The notes under the pieces: model-generated
Seen by the model: only the letters and a program-made list of their open reading frames with translations
Database searches by the model: none
What the model was told of the DNA's origin: nothing
Part shown: in pieces, positions 9,463-19,503 of the stretch
Layout: each line of letters starts with the position of its first letter
Position numbering within the stretch: position 1 is the stretch's first letter
Program-made: the position numbers and the translations under genes
Origin: Candidatus Poribacteria bacterium
GTDB taxonomy: Bacteria > Poribacteria > WGA-4E > WGA-3G
Length of the DNA stretch: 64,000 nucleotides
Direction: 5' to 3'
Assembly (NCBI GenBank): GCA_965242965.1
Contig: OZ251518.1
Location: 5,568,001-5,632,000, forward strand

Positions 9463-9840
9463 GCCCGCGCTACGATGAAAAAAACGCTTCCCCTTCACGT
9501 AGGGCGAGGGCCTGTCCCTCGCCATGCGTCTTGGTGTCAGACCGCCTCACCCCTGTAGGTCAGGCTCGCCTGATCCTGCCCGTTTGTGATCAGGCGAGCA
9601 CAAACTACAGCGGGGGAAACACACATCGGGACGATGGAGTTCGCGCAATCCAACGCTCGCGGGGGACAGGCCCCCGCGCTACGATGAAGGGGGATTTCTA
9701 CCACCCTATTGCATCGAGACCGGGAGGTCTCTCCTACGGGGAGCCATCGAGACCAGGAGGTCTCTCCTACAAGAAATCATCGAGACCCCGGTGACTGTAG
9801 TTCGGGATCGCCTGATCCCGAAGAGGCGGTCTCGCCTACG
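9463..9840. repeat. Mosaic GTAG-REP cluster (A, B, C, D)
   Basis: Includes TCGAGACCGGGAGGTCTCTCCTAC and GTAGTTCGGGATCGCCTGATCCCGAA. Confidence 0.88.
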
Positions 9841-9851
9841 AAGGAGGAAAC

Positions 9852-10655
9852 ATGTTAAACACCATCACCATTTGTATCATCGCCACCGGCGTGTTGCTCG
9901 CCGCGAACGCGAATGCTGACACGATAAAGGCTGAACTCGAAAATTCACCGCGCCACGGCGAGTGGGTAAAAATCACTGCCGCCGATGGACATGTCGTCAA
10001 CACGTTCGTTGTCTATCCGGAGGTAAAGGATTCAGCAACCGCCATCATCGTCATCCACGAAATTTTTGGGTTAACGGATTGGATTCGGCTTGTTGCTGAC
10101 AGACTCGCCGCCGAAGGGTTTGTCGCGCTTTGCCCAGACTTGCTTTCGGGGATGGGCCCTGATGGCGGCGGGACAGACAGTTTCGCCTCTGGCGACGATG
10201 TCCGACGCACAATCCGAGAGCTCTCCGACGAAAGGGTTCATACAGATTTGGATGCAGTGCAGAAATATGCGCGCGGCTTACCTTCAACTAACGAGAAAGT
10301 CGCCGTTTCTGGATTCTGCTGGGGCGGCAAACAGACTTTCAGTTATGCTGTCCATTCCGATGAAGTCGCCAGTTCTTTCGTCTTCTACGGCTCCGCACCG
10401 CCAGTGGCAGATGTGCCGAAAGTGTCCGCGCCTGTCTACGGGTTTTACGGTGAGAGTGACAACCGCATCAACGCTACTATTGATGAAACCAAAGCGGCGG
10501 CGGATGCTGCAGAGGTTAAGTATGAGCCGGTGATTTATGAGGGAGTCGGCCACGCTTTCCTGAGACGCGGCATGGCGGAAGATGCCAACGATGCCCAGAA
10601 AACTGCAGTGAAAGCGGCGTGGGAACGATGGGTTTCGTTGCTGCAGGGGTTATAG
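9852..10655 (+). CDS. Dienelactone hydrolase family protein, secreted
   Basis: HEIFGL, GFCWGG, GESD, GHAF catalytic motifs. Confidence 0.9.
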   Translation: MLNTITICIIATGVLLAANANADTIKAELENSPRHGEWVKITAADGHVVNTFVVYPEVKDSATAIIVIHEIFGLTDWIRLVADRLAAEGFVALCPDLLSGMGPDGGGTDSFASGDDVRRTIRELSDERVHTDLDAVQKYARGLPSTNEKVAVSGFCWGGKQTFSYAVHSDEVASSFVFYGSAPPVADVPKVSAPVYGFYGESDNRINATIDETKAAADAAEVKYEPVIYEGVGHAFLRRGMAEDANDAQKTAVKAAWERWVSLLQGL

Positions 10656-10666
10656 GTTTCTTTTCT

Positions 10667-11431
10667 ATGGCAAACCGATTAACAAACAAAATCGCGATTA
10701 TTACGGGTGCTGCGCGCGGCATCGGCGCGAAAAGCGCGCAACTTTTCGCGCAAGAAGGATCCGCCGTTGCCATCTGGGATCTGAACGTTGAACGTGGACA
10801 AGCCACCGTAGCCGAAATTCAGACCGAAGGCGGCACGGCGATGTTCTGTCAATGTGACGTAACCGACTCAGCGCAAATTAAAAACGCCGCTGCCGAAGTA
10901 GTCAAGACATTTGGCACACCCAATGTTCTCTTTAACAACGCTGGCATCGCTGTTGTCGGTGAGTTGGAAGAGATTTCTGAGTCAGACTGGGACAGGCAAT
11001 ACGCTGTCAATGTGAAGAGCATCTATCTCGTCTCGCGTGCGATAATTCCGCTGATGCGAGAGGCTGGCGGTGGTTCGATTATCAACATGGCGAGTGAATC
11101 GGCGTTCGTTGGGTTCCCGATGCATCCGGCGTATACTTCCTCGAAAGCCGCTGTGGTGCATCTCACGCGCAGCATGGCGGTGCGGTATGCCGCTGACAAC
11201 ATCCGCGTCAACAGCCTGTGCCCCGGCACCATTAACACCGAACTCTATCAAGAATTCTTGGCGCAGCAGGCAGACCCGGGTGCGATAAACCGCGAGATTG
11301 AGGCGATGCATCCCTTGGGTATCGGGGAGCCGATGGACATCGCCTGGGCGGCGGTGTATCTTGCATCCGATGAGTCAAGATACATGACTGGGGCACCAAT
11401 GCTCGTTGAAGGTGGGATTTTGTCGCGCTGA
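10667..11431 (+). CDS. Short-chain dehydrogenase/reductase
   Basis: TGAARGIG, NNAG, YTSSK. Confidence 0.92.
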   Translation: MANRLTNKIAIITGAARGIGAKSAQLFAQEGSAVAIWDLNVERGQATVAEIQTEGGTAMFCQCDVTDSAQIKNAAAEVVKTFGTPNVLFNNAGIAVVGELEEISESDWDRQYAVNVKSIYLVSRAIIPLMREAGGGSIINMASESAFVGFPMHPAYTSSKAAVVHLTRSMAVRYAADNIRVNSLCPGTINTELYQEFLAQQADPGAINREIEAMHPLGIGEPMDIAWAAVYLASDESRYMTGAPMLVEGGILSR

Positions 11432-11449
11432 AAAATAAGGAGTGAAATT

Positions 11450-11644
11450 ATGTTTTTTATCGTATTGCTCGTTTTCGTAATCGTTGTTTTCCTCATCGTC
11501 GCTTTAGTGAGAAATAGCCGCAACCGGTCTTCTCGTAAGCGTCGTGATTCCGATTCATCTGGGGGTGGATTCTACGATGATGGTGGCGGTTGGTTTGATG
11601 GTGGCGGTGGCGATGGTGGCGGCGATGGCGGTGGAGCCGATTAG
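11450..11644 (+). CDS. Small membrane protein with Gly/Asp-rich tail
   Basis: N-terminal TM helix, basic patch, GGGDGGG tail; AGGAG RBS. Confidence 0.65.
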   Translation: MFFIVLLVFVIVVFLIVALVRNSRNRSSRKRRDSDSSGGGFYDDGGGWFDGGGGDGGGDGGGAD

Positions 11645-11646
11645 GT

Positions 11647-11940
11647 GAGGGTGTTTCGTAAATCGCTCAACGTCGCGGGGACAGGCCCCGCGCTACGGTG
11701 AAAAAAACGCCGCCCCTTCACGTAGGGCTTGGGCTCTCGCATGCCATACACGCCTGCGAGCGGGTTCCCCTCGCTATGCGTTTTGCTGTCAGACCGCATC
11801 CCCCTGTAGGTCAGGATCGCCTGATCCTGACCTGTTCGGGAGCGGGCGCTCCCGAACTACAGAGTTGGGCCCGATGCCTTTCGGTATTCGCCCTCCCCCA
11901 AGGGGGAATAAATACCGAAACGGAGTTATGAAACACCCGC
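11647..11940. mobile_element. MITE with GAGGGTGTTTCATAA-type TIRs carrying REP units
   Basis: Both ends match, inverted, the ends of 37760-38210. Confidence 0.75.
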
Positions 11941-11944
11941 GTTT

Positions 11945-12574
11945 TTACTCTGGCGGCTGATACCCCGCCTCAATGAGCATTCCGAAATACTGCTCCCATG
12001 CCTGGTCTAAAATTTCCGGGTTCTCCTCCACGAGTTCTGCGACCTTGGGTGTTAATTGGCTACGCAGCGAGTTCCGAGTCTCCTCCAAAAAGTTGCGCTG
12101 TTCTTGCGGAGACAGCGAGTTGAGATGTTCTAAAATGATAGGCACGGATGCCTCCAGCGACTGCTGTGCCTCCTCTAACAAGGCATCGCCGCCTGCTAAC
12201 GCCTTTTCTGCCGCCTCCATTTCCGCTTTCACCTCGGGTGGTTCTGCCTCTGTAAACCCGGTCTGTCCCGAGTCACTGTCGGTAGCAACCGAATCTTCGG
12301 GGTTTGCGTTGGTGTTATCGCCTTCGGAGCCACTCAGTTCTGAATCGGAAAACATGTCTGTGGTTTCCATATCAGTGAGTGTTTCTCCGGCTGAATCCAT
12401 CTGAAGTTCAGAATCTGCAGACGTTTTCTCCTTTTGGGTATCGGATTTGGCAGGCGTTGCACTGTAGGTTTTCGTCGGCGGGGCATCCGTTTTTTCCCGA
12501 AGGAAGAAGTGGTATACGCCGAATGCGACTAGCAGTAAAGCCAACGCTGAAAACACGTAGATGCTCCGGTTCAT
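11945..12574 (-). CDS. Membrane-anchored hypothetical protein with acidic linker
   Basis: AAGGAG RBS; N-terminal TM helix; helical C-terminal domain. Confidence 0.7.
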   Translation of the reverse strand: MNRSIYVFSALALLLVAFGVYHFFLREKTDAPPTKTYSATPAKSDTQKEKTSADSELQMDSAGETLTDMETTDMFSDSELSGSEGDNTNANPEDSVATDSDSGQTGFTEAEPPEVKAEMEAAEKALAGGDALLEEAQQSLEASVPIILEHLNSLSPQEQRNFLEETRNSLRSQLTPKVAELVEENPEILDQAWEQYFGMLIEAGYQPPE

Positions 12575-12779
12575 AAATGGCTCCTTTCTCAAGAATTGAG
12601 CGGGACACTTATCTGTGTTCCAGCGCAGAGCTGCAGGTGCTGGAGAGGTGTCCCGCGGCACGGTAAAGTTTCGGTGGCCGCAGGGCTTGCTGTCCCTGGG
12701 CCTGATAGCTATACGGCATGGGGCGAGGGATACCCCTCGCCCCACTGCGATTCGCGGCGGCGTGTGCCGCCGGGTGTTA

Positions 12780-13175
12780 TTAGTTGTCACCGAAGTCGAT
12801 CGAATCGATGCACGCCGAGCGTGCGGCGACAGCGGCTCTGGCTTCGGCGAGGCGTTGCTGCGCTACCGCCTTAGCCGCAGCTAAATTGAATGAGGCAGCG
12901 AAGATAAAATGCAGCCGCAACAAAGAAGTTGAGGCTATTGCGGCATCGAGGTCGTCCTGTGCGTCCTCAACCGCTTCAACTGCATCCACGTATGCGTTGA
13001 CAGCGGCTACCATGGCATCGGCAGGGCAGTTTTGGTTGATGAGCCGGGTCCTCTCGGCGGCTCTCCGTTGCGCTTCTTGTAGATTGAAGCCTTGCGCGAA
13101 CGCGGCAGTGGCAGTGAACGCCATTGCGCACAGCACGGTAAGGCTGAGTAAACTTAGCATCTGTCTGTTTTTCAT
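12780..13175 (-). CDS. Secreted Ala-rich helical protein, tandem copy 2
   Basis: Signal peptide ending AFA-Q; AGAGGAG RBS; near-identical to 13245-13643. Confidence 0.8.
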   Translation of the reverse strand: MKNRQMLSLLSLTVLCAMAFTATAAFAQGFNLQEAQRRAAERTRLINQNCPADAMVAAVNAYVDAVEAVEDAQDDLDAAIASTSLLRLHFIFAASFNLAAAKAVAQQRLAEARAAVAARSACIDSIDFGDN

Positions 13176-13244
13176 TTTCGTTTCTCCTCTTTGCCTGCCT
13201 TCATCGAGGCAGGCAGGTTTCATTGCGGCGCGTGCCGCCGGGTG

Positions 13245-13643
13245 TTATTGTCTGTCAACGATGCCGATCGATGTTAAGCACGCCGAGCGTGCGGCAACGG
13301 CGGCTCTGGCTTCGGCGAGGCGTTGCTTCGCTACCGCCTTAGCCGCAGCTAAATTGATTGCGGCAGCGATGACAAAATGCAGTCTCAACAAAGAAGTTGA
13401 GGCTACTGCGGCATCGTAATCGTCCTGTGCGTCCTCAACCGCTTCAGCTGCATCCACGTATGCGTTGACAGCGGCTCTCATGGCATCGGCAGGGCAGTGT
13501 TGATTGGCGAGCCGGGTCCTCTCGGCGGCTCTCCGTTGCGCTTCTTGTAGATTGAAGCCTTGCGCGAACGCGGCAGTGGCAGTGAACGCCATTGCACATA
13601 GCACGGTAAGGCTGAGTAGACTGAGCATCTGTCTGTTTTTCAT
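13245..13643 (-). CDS. Secreted Ala-rich helical protein, tandem copy 1
   Basis: Paralogue of 12780-13175; upstream TTGACG-N17-TATCCT on the minus strand (~13766-13794). Confidence 0.8.
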   Translation of the reverse strand: MKNRQMLSLLSLTVLCAMAFTATAAFAQGFNLQEAQRRAAERTRLANQHCPADAMRAAVNAYVDAAEAVEDAQDDYDAAVASTSLLRLHFVIAAAINLAAAKAVAKQRLAEARAAVAARSACLTSIGIVDRQ

Positions 13644-13943
13644 TTGGATTTCTCCTCTTTGCCTGCCTTCATTGAGGCAGGCAGGTTTCGTTCCTTCTTT
13701 TTTTTTCGGCGGATGAGAGCCGCACGGAAGGTGCGGGGTGGTATTCTCATCCAGCAAGTTGCTATAGGATACCACAAAAACATCAATGCGTCAAATCCAA
13801 ATGCGGGACGCATCAGATGAATGTGATTTTACTTACTTACTTAAACACCTAAGTTAGGAAAAGGTTCCCAAAAAACACATTTTTTTTGTAATTCTCGGGA
13901 AGATGCGGAAATTCCAAGGGATTTTTCTGCTTTCTCCTCAGAT

Positions 13944-14151
13944 CGCGGGGGACAGGCCCCCGCGCTACGGGACTAGGAACGTCACCTTTCACCGTAGGGC
14001 GAGGGCCCTCGGATGCCACACGCGCATCCGAGCGGGTTTCCCTCGCCATGCACCGATCGCGGGGGACAGGCCCCCGCGCTACGGGCCGTGGGGCGTTTAT
14101 CGCGGGGGACAGGCACATCGTTCGCATCGAGACCGGGAGGTCTCTCCTACG
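13944..14151. repeat. GTAG-REP cluster
   Basis: A, B, C units and the CTCGGATGC..GCATCCGAG hairpin. Confidence 0.85.
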
Positions 14152-14176
14152 CCGTGAGGCGTTTTACGGGTAAAAC

Positions 14177-15112
14177 TTACAACGCGTGGTCTTCCGGACG
14201 GACACCTTTTTTGAAAGTGCCGAAGCCGAAGAATGTTGGCGAATAATCGCCCACGTAATCCACGACGCTTTTTTCGGGGATTGCGTCTTCCATCTCCATA
14301 CCCCAATAGCAGGCATTGACGAGGAGACGACGAAGTCCCTCACTCTCCAGATCGACAGACGCGCCCATCGTCGTATTGAAGATGCGTGAGGTATTGCCAT
14401 CGTCACCGGTGTAGGTTTTAATCCACGCCATCGGCATCGTGACGGTATCCGGTTTTGGTGCATCGGTGGACTCCATGCCGACTAGCACCTGTCCGTGAAC
14501 CAGGACATGCGCGTCACCGGTTAAATCGTTAATACCGTAGACATCGGAAGGCCCCCAGATATCGTCAACACCGGTAAGGATAGGGTGTTCCTTCATCGCG
14601 TCGTCAATGATGCCGCGCGCGCTCTCTTTGCCGTGGTGGCCGTGATGATTCACCCACGTTTCGCCGAGGACCTGTCTGCCGTAGCCGCCCTCAAACGCCT
14701 CGCTGTTATGGCTATATTTGGCGTAGGGACTATTGAGGTTTCGGCTGTAACTGAAGGCGTGCGTCGCCGTGCGGAGTCCCGCGACCGGTTTCCCCGCGTT
14801 CGTATAATCCACGATATGCTTCATCTGTTCATCGGGCAGTTCGCGGAAACGGGTGAACAGCACCATCATATCCGCCGAATCGAGGTGATGGAGCCCCGGA
14901 ATGTTAGTCTGCACCTCCGGATCGATCTCGCCGGTTTCCGGGTGAATAGCGAACAGCACGGTGCATCGGAATCCGTGGTGCGTGGCGAGGATTTTTCCGA
15001 GCATCGGCAGTGCTTCTTCGGAACGATACTCCTCATCGCCGCTGACGAGGACAATATGTTTGCCTGTGCCGGGTCCTTCGTTCCCTTCATAAACAACCCA
15101 TTCGTTTTTCAT
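14177..15112 (-). CDS. ThuA-like (class I GATase fold) domain protein
   Basis: HIVLVSGDEEYRSEE, GLRTATHAF, HPILTGV, RIFNTTMGA. Confidence 0.7.
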   Translation of the reverse strand: MKNEWVVYEGNEGPGTGKHIVLVSGDEEYRSEEALPMLGKILATHHGFRCTVLFAIHPETGEIDPEVQTNIPGLHHLDSADMMVLFTRFRELPDEQMKHIVDYTNAGKPVAGLRTATHAFSYSRNLNSPYAKYSHNSEAFEGGYGRQVLGETWVNHHGHHGKESARGIIDDAMKEHPILTGVDDIWGPSDVYGINDLTGDAHVLVHGQVLVGMESTDAPKPDTVTMPMAWIKTYTGDDGNTSRIFNTTMGASVDLESEGLRRLLVNACYWGMEMEDAIPEKSVVDYVGDYSPTFFGFGTFKKGVRPEDHAL

Positions 15113-15192
15113 CAAATTAAACTCCTGACTGAATAAAATAGTTTCAATTGAGTGTATCACATTCTTTGGATAAAGTCACGTTAAATTAGTCT

Positions 15193-15626
15193 GAGGGTGT
15201 TTCATAATTCGTTGTTGTAAAAATGGTTTCGTGAGACCTCAAACGATTCCGTTTCCCGGTAGGAGAGACCTCCTGGTCTCGATGCAATAGGGCGGCGCGC
15301 ATCCCGGGGCTGCGGCGGCAGAAAGCTCCCCTTCGTCGTAGTACGATAAAAAACGCCATCCCTCACCGTAGGGCGAGGGCCTGTCCCTCGCCATCGTTCT
15401 CGTGCCAGGCCCTGTAGGTCAGGATCGCCTGATCCTGACCCGTTTGTGATCAGGCGATCACAAACTACAGAGTGGGAAACACACATCATGACGATGGAGC
15501 TCGCGGGGGACAGGCCCCCGCGCTACGGGCACATCGAGACCAGGAGGTCTCTCCTACCGGAAGAAATCGAGACAGGGAGGTCTCTCCTACGGGGAGGTTG
15601 CATCGAGATCAGAAGGTCTCTCCTAT
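15193..15626. repeat. IS-type TIR end followed by mosaic REP cluster
   Basis: GAGGGTGTTTCATAA..TTGTAAAATG matches the IS end at 61890-61918; B, D, A and C units follow. Confidence 0.8.
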
Positions 15627-15753
15627 GCAAAAAGAAAAAAGTTTGACACACATATCCGATTTGTGTTAAACTCTAACTATATTTTTACGTTGCGGCACGT
15701 CAAAGGGCACGCTGCACACGGTTTGGGCATACTTTTTTATTGGAGGATTTGGA

Positions 15754-17118
15754 TTGTTAAAGGTATCAAAATTTGGCGGGAGCTCCCTTGCGACAGCGGA
15801 GCAGGTCCGCCGAGTCTGCGACATTATCACGGAAGACCCGGGGCGACGCATCATCGTCGTTTCGGCACCTGGAAAACGACACAGCCAAGACATCAAAGTC
15901 ACTGATCTGCTCATTGCGGCAGCGTCGGAACGGCTCATGGGCAAACTCGGCGCGTCCGAATGCGCAGAAGCGATTGAACGTTACCGAAGCATCGCCGCAG
16001 AACTGGAACTACCGGCAGACGCTGTTGACGCGATTGCGCACGATTTAACAGAACGGCTAGAAAACAGCACCGAGAACGCCGATTTATACATGGATACGAT
16101 GAAGGCAGGCGGCGAGGACAACTGCGCCCGGCTCATCGCAGAAGCATTGCAGGCGCGCGGCGTAGAGGCGCACTACGTCAGTCCAAAAGAGGCGGGGCTG
16201 TTGCTCTCCGATGAACCGGGCAACGCGCAAGTTTTGCCTGAGGCATACACCTATTTGCGTGAACTGCGCGAGCGGCCCGGTGTCACCATTTTCCCCGGAT
16301 TCTTCGGGTATGCCAAAGAGGGGCACGTCGTGACGTTCTCGCGTGGCGGTTCGGATATCACCGGCGCGATTCTCGCCAGCGCGGTGCGCGCCGAGGTCTA
16401 CGAAAATTTCACGGACGTTGACTCGGTGTTCGCCGCGAATCCATCGATTGTCGAAAACCCGGCGGCGATTGCGGAACTTACCTACCGTGAGATGCGGGAG
16501 CTCTCTTACGCAGGCTTCTCTGTTTTCCATGATGAGGCACTTGAACCTGTCTATCGCGCGCAGGTGCCGGTGCATATCCAAAATACCAACAACCCGAAGG
16601 CAGCCGGCACGCGCATCGTCCCGACTCGCGCGACGAACGGAGAGTTGCCGGTTGTCGGCATCGCCGCGATAGACAGCGTCTGCTGCGTTTATCTCAGCAA
16701 GTATCTAATGAACCGCCAGATCGGGTTTGGCAGGCGGCTGTTACAGGTCTTGGAGGCGGAGGACATTTCGTTTGAGCATGTGCCGTCTGGGATAGACAAC
16801 ATGTCCGTTATTGTCCGCGAGGAAAGTCTATCGGCGGAGAAAGAGAAGCGGATTGTTGAGCAGATCCGGCAGAGACTCGCGCCTGAAGATGTCTCGGTGG
16901 AACGCGGGTTGTCGCTCATCATGGTTGTCGGCGAAGGCATGCGTCATACTGTCGGGATGGCGGCGCGCGCGAGCGGCGCGTTGGCGGCTGCCGATGTGAA
17001 TATTGAGATGATTAACCAAGGTTCTAACGAAGTGAGCATGATGTTCGGCATCAAATCTGAAGATATGGAAACTGCCGTACGCGCGCTCTATCAGGAATTT
17101 TTTGCGCGAGCCGATTAA
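15754..17118 (+). CDS. lysC: Aspartate kinase
   Basis: KFGGSS, VVSAPGK, FSRGGSDITG, TDVD, two ACT domains. Confidence 0.92.
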   Translation: MLKVSKFGGSSLATAEQVRRVCDIITEDPGRRIIVVSAPGKRHSQDIKVTDLLIAAASERLMGKLGASECAEAIERYRSIAAELELPADAVDAIAHDLTERLENSTENADLYMDTMKAGGEDNCARLIAEALQARGVEAHYVSPKEAGLLLSDEPGNAQVLPEAYTYLRELRERPGVTIFPGFFGYAKEGHVVTFSRGGSDITGAILASAVRAEVYENFTDVDSVFAANPSIVENPAAIAELTYREMRELSYAGFSVFHDEALEPVYRAQVPVHIQNTNNPKAAGTRIVPTRATNGELPVVGIAAIDSVCCVYLSKYLMNRQIGFGRRLLQVLEAEDISFEHVPSGIDNMSVIVREESLSAEKEKRIVEQIRQRLAPEDVSVERGLSLIMVVGEGMRHTVGMAARASGALAAADVNIEMINQGSNEVSMMFGIKSEDMETAVRALYQEFFARAD

Positions 17119-17119
17119 T

Positions 17120-17267
17120 CGAGACGCGGGAGGTGCATCGAGACCGGGAGGTCTCTCCTACGGGTGTTTGGGTAGGCGGGACATCCTTGTCCCGATACGG
17201 AGTATTGCATCGAGACCAGGAGGTCTCTCCTACCCGAAGAAATCGAGACCGGGAGGTCTCTCCTACT
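17120..17267. repeat. REP family C cluster
   Basis: Three TCGAGACC(G/A)GGAGGTCTCTCCTAC copies. Confidence 0.85.
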
Positions 17268-17281
17268 ACGGAGGAATTGAT

Positions 17282-18106
17282 ATGGAAATTACCGTTCAAC
17301 CCGAAGAATTAGCCGCCGGTAAACTCACGGAGGCACACGTCAAGCAAGCCGTTGAAGCCATCCGCGTTGATGGATATGTCGTTTTAGAGAACGTGGTCGA
17401 TCATGGGCATCTGGACATTCTGCGCGAACGAATGGATGCCGACGCGCAGGTTTTAATCAATGCAGAAAAATGGGGCGGCGCGGGGAGACTCGCAGGACAC
17501 CTCCAGCAAGGACCGCCTCCGTTCGCGCCCTATATTTTCAGGGACATCGTCGCGAACCCGTGGATTGTGCAAGTGACACATGCACTGCTCGGGGACGGGC
17601 TCTACAACAATTTTTACAACGGCAACACGAATTGTCCGGGGAGCACCACGCAACCCCTGCATAGAGATGGAAATCATCTCTGGCCCGAACGAGAAGTAGC
17701 GCATCCGACAACGGAGGTGGTGGTAAACATCTCGCCGCAAGATACGATGGAGGAAAACGGCAGCGTGGAGTTGTGGCCCGGTTCGCATCTGGATGTTAGC
17801 GGTAAGCGGATAGAGCCTGCGCATGAAGCTGCACGCCGCGAGGTTGCGCCGCCTATCCGTGGCAATGCGAAGAAGGGGAGCGCGCTGATTCGGGACATAC
17901 GTCTTTGGCATCGCGGTGTCCCCAACTTGTCCGATGAACCGCGCCACATGATTGCGATGATTCACCGCGTCCGCTGGCTCCGTTCTAACCGCCGCCTGAA
18001 ATATCGGACTGGATGCGAAGCCGCCTTTGAAAACAGCGATTTAGATGCAAACGCCGAGTTTGTGGACAGAACATTGGACGATTATCTCTTCAACCCGAAG
18101 TTTTAG
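17282..18106 (+). CDS. Phytanoyl-CoA dioxygenase (PhyH) family protein
   Basis: DGYVVLENV, QPLHRD, WPGSH, WHRG..N..R. Confidence 0.88.
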   Translation: MEITVQPEELAAGKLTEAHVKQAVEAIRVDGYVVLENVVDHGHLDILRERMDADAQVLINAEKWGGAGRLAGHLQQGPPPFAPYIFRDIVANPWIVQVTHALLGDGLYNNFYNGNTNCPGSTTQPLHRDGNHLWPEREVAHPTTEVVVNISPQDTMEENGSVELWPGSHLDVSGKRIEPAHEAARREVAPPIRGNAKKGSALIRDIRLWHRGVPNLSDEPRHMIAMIHRVRWLRSNRRLKYRTGCEAAFENSDLDANAEFVDRTLDDYLFNPKF

Positions 18107-18121
18107 AGGGATAAACTTGTC

Positions 18122-18970
18122 ATGGATACGATTATGCATACTGAAACCAATTGGATACCTGCTGAACCAGATCTTGCCGCGGTCTGCCGTAACTACCGCA
18201 ATCCTATTCACGCGCTCTCGCAGGCGGAGATGCCGGCGATTATCTTGCGGAACGCCTATTCGCCGGCGCAGTGCCAAGGGCTCATCGAGCGGTTTACCAA
18301 CATGGGGTTAATGCGCGATGAAGCGGAGAGCAACTCCGCCGACAAGCGCACCCGCATCGACATCGGCACGAGTCTCGGAAATCGGGGTAGCGATAAACAG
18401 CGTTTCTTGGCGCACGCCGAAGAGACGCAGCACCTCTTCAATTTCCTATTTGATGGATTCGATAATCCGGTCTCTCTCATTTACGAGTCGCTTTCGGCAC
18501 TTGCGCCCGGGAAAGCGGTGAAAGTTGCGCGTGAACCCGATGGCGCGCTTTACGGGCCCGCCATTTTCCGGGTGCATTATGAAACGCATAGTTACAAGCC
18601 GCACATCGATCATGTCAAATACCGCGAGCAGCGGACGGACTACGCCGTTTATCGGTTTGAGCATCAGTTTGCGGGTGTGCTGTGCGTTCAGAACGCCGAT
18701 GAGCGAGGCAAAGGCACACAGGCGATTCTGCATCGGTGCCTCTGGTCTGACGAAATCCAGCCGCATATCGCCGAGGAGACTTTTGACAGATACGCCGCTG
18801 AAAACGGCATAGAAAACTGTCAAGTCGATTTAGCGCAGGGCGATCTTTACTTTTTCAACACACGGTGCATCCACGAGGTGCCGCCTGTTGCGGGCAATCG
18901 CGCCCGGATTGTCTTGGCGGTTTTCATCGGCTATTCGCCTGCTGATGACGAAGTGTTCGTCTGGTCTTGA
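18122..18970 (+). CDS. 2OG-Fe(II) oxygenase superfamily protein
   Basis: PHID, GDLYFFN..HEV, RIVL. Confidence 0.7.
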   Translation: MDTIMHTETNWIPAEPDLAAVCRNYRNPIHALSQAEMPAIILRNAYSPAQCQGLIERFTNMGLMRDEAESNSADKRTRIDIGTSLGNRGSDKQRFLAHAEETQHLFNFLFDGFDNPVSLIYESLSALAPGKAVKVAREPDGALYGPAIFRVHYETHSYKPHIDHVKYREQRTDYAVYRFEHQFAGVLCVQNADERGKGTQAILHRCLWSDEIQPHIAEETFDRYAAENGIENCQVDLAQGDLYFFNTRCIHEVPPVAGNRARIVLAVFIGYSPADDEVFVWS

Positions 18971-19010
18971 GTTTTCCTCGCCTGAACCCGTTCTGCCTCC
19001 CGTTTTAACC

Positions 19011-19300
19011 CGTAGGGCGAGGGCCTGTCCCTCGCCATGCAAATTGCTCCCTTCATTCGTAGGGCGAGGGCCTGTCCCTCGCCATGCCTCGGCCGGAACG
19101 GAAAACGGCCTTGGTCGGCGTGCATTTTTCGCGTAGATCGAACGATCGCGGGGGAAACCCGCTCGGATGCGCGTGTGGCATCCGAGGGCCCCCGCGCTAC
19201 GATAAAAAACGCCACTCCCTCACCGTAGGGCGAGGGACAGGCCCTCGCCATGCTCTCCGCTGTCCCTCACCGTAGGGCGAGGGCCTGTCCCTCGCCATGC
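19011..19300. repeat. GTAG-REP cluster (mostly B)
   Basis: Four GTAGGGCGAGGG(CCTGT)CCCTCGCC-like copies. Confidence 0.88.
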
Positions 19301-19503
19301 TCCTCCCTCGCGCGAACTGTTCACATTCTGGACAACCCCCTTCCAACTTTTCACACACCGCACCCTTTAAGGCACGCTATATTGCCCCATATCGTGCATT
19401 ATCACGTGAGTTATGTCCATTTGTGTGCAGTTTTTTCGCAAATTCGCGTTATTTTAATTGGCATCATATTTGCTAATGATGCAGTAGTTAGGAGGACAAA
19501 ATC

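Noticed and set aside
8291-9473. Integron attC sites after the two orphan genes
   Set aside because: ACTAAC is an imperfect RYYYAAC, there is no matching GTTRRRY end, and no integrase is present.
15673-15750. Lysine riboswitch upstream of aspartokinase
   Set aside because: The leader is only ~80 nt, too short, and has no recognisable L-box motifs.
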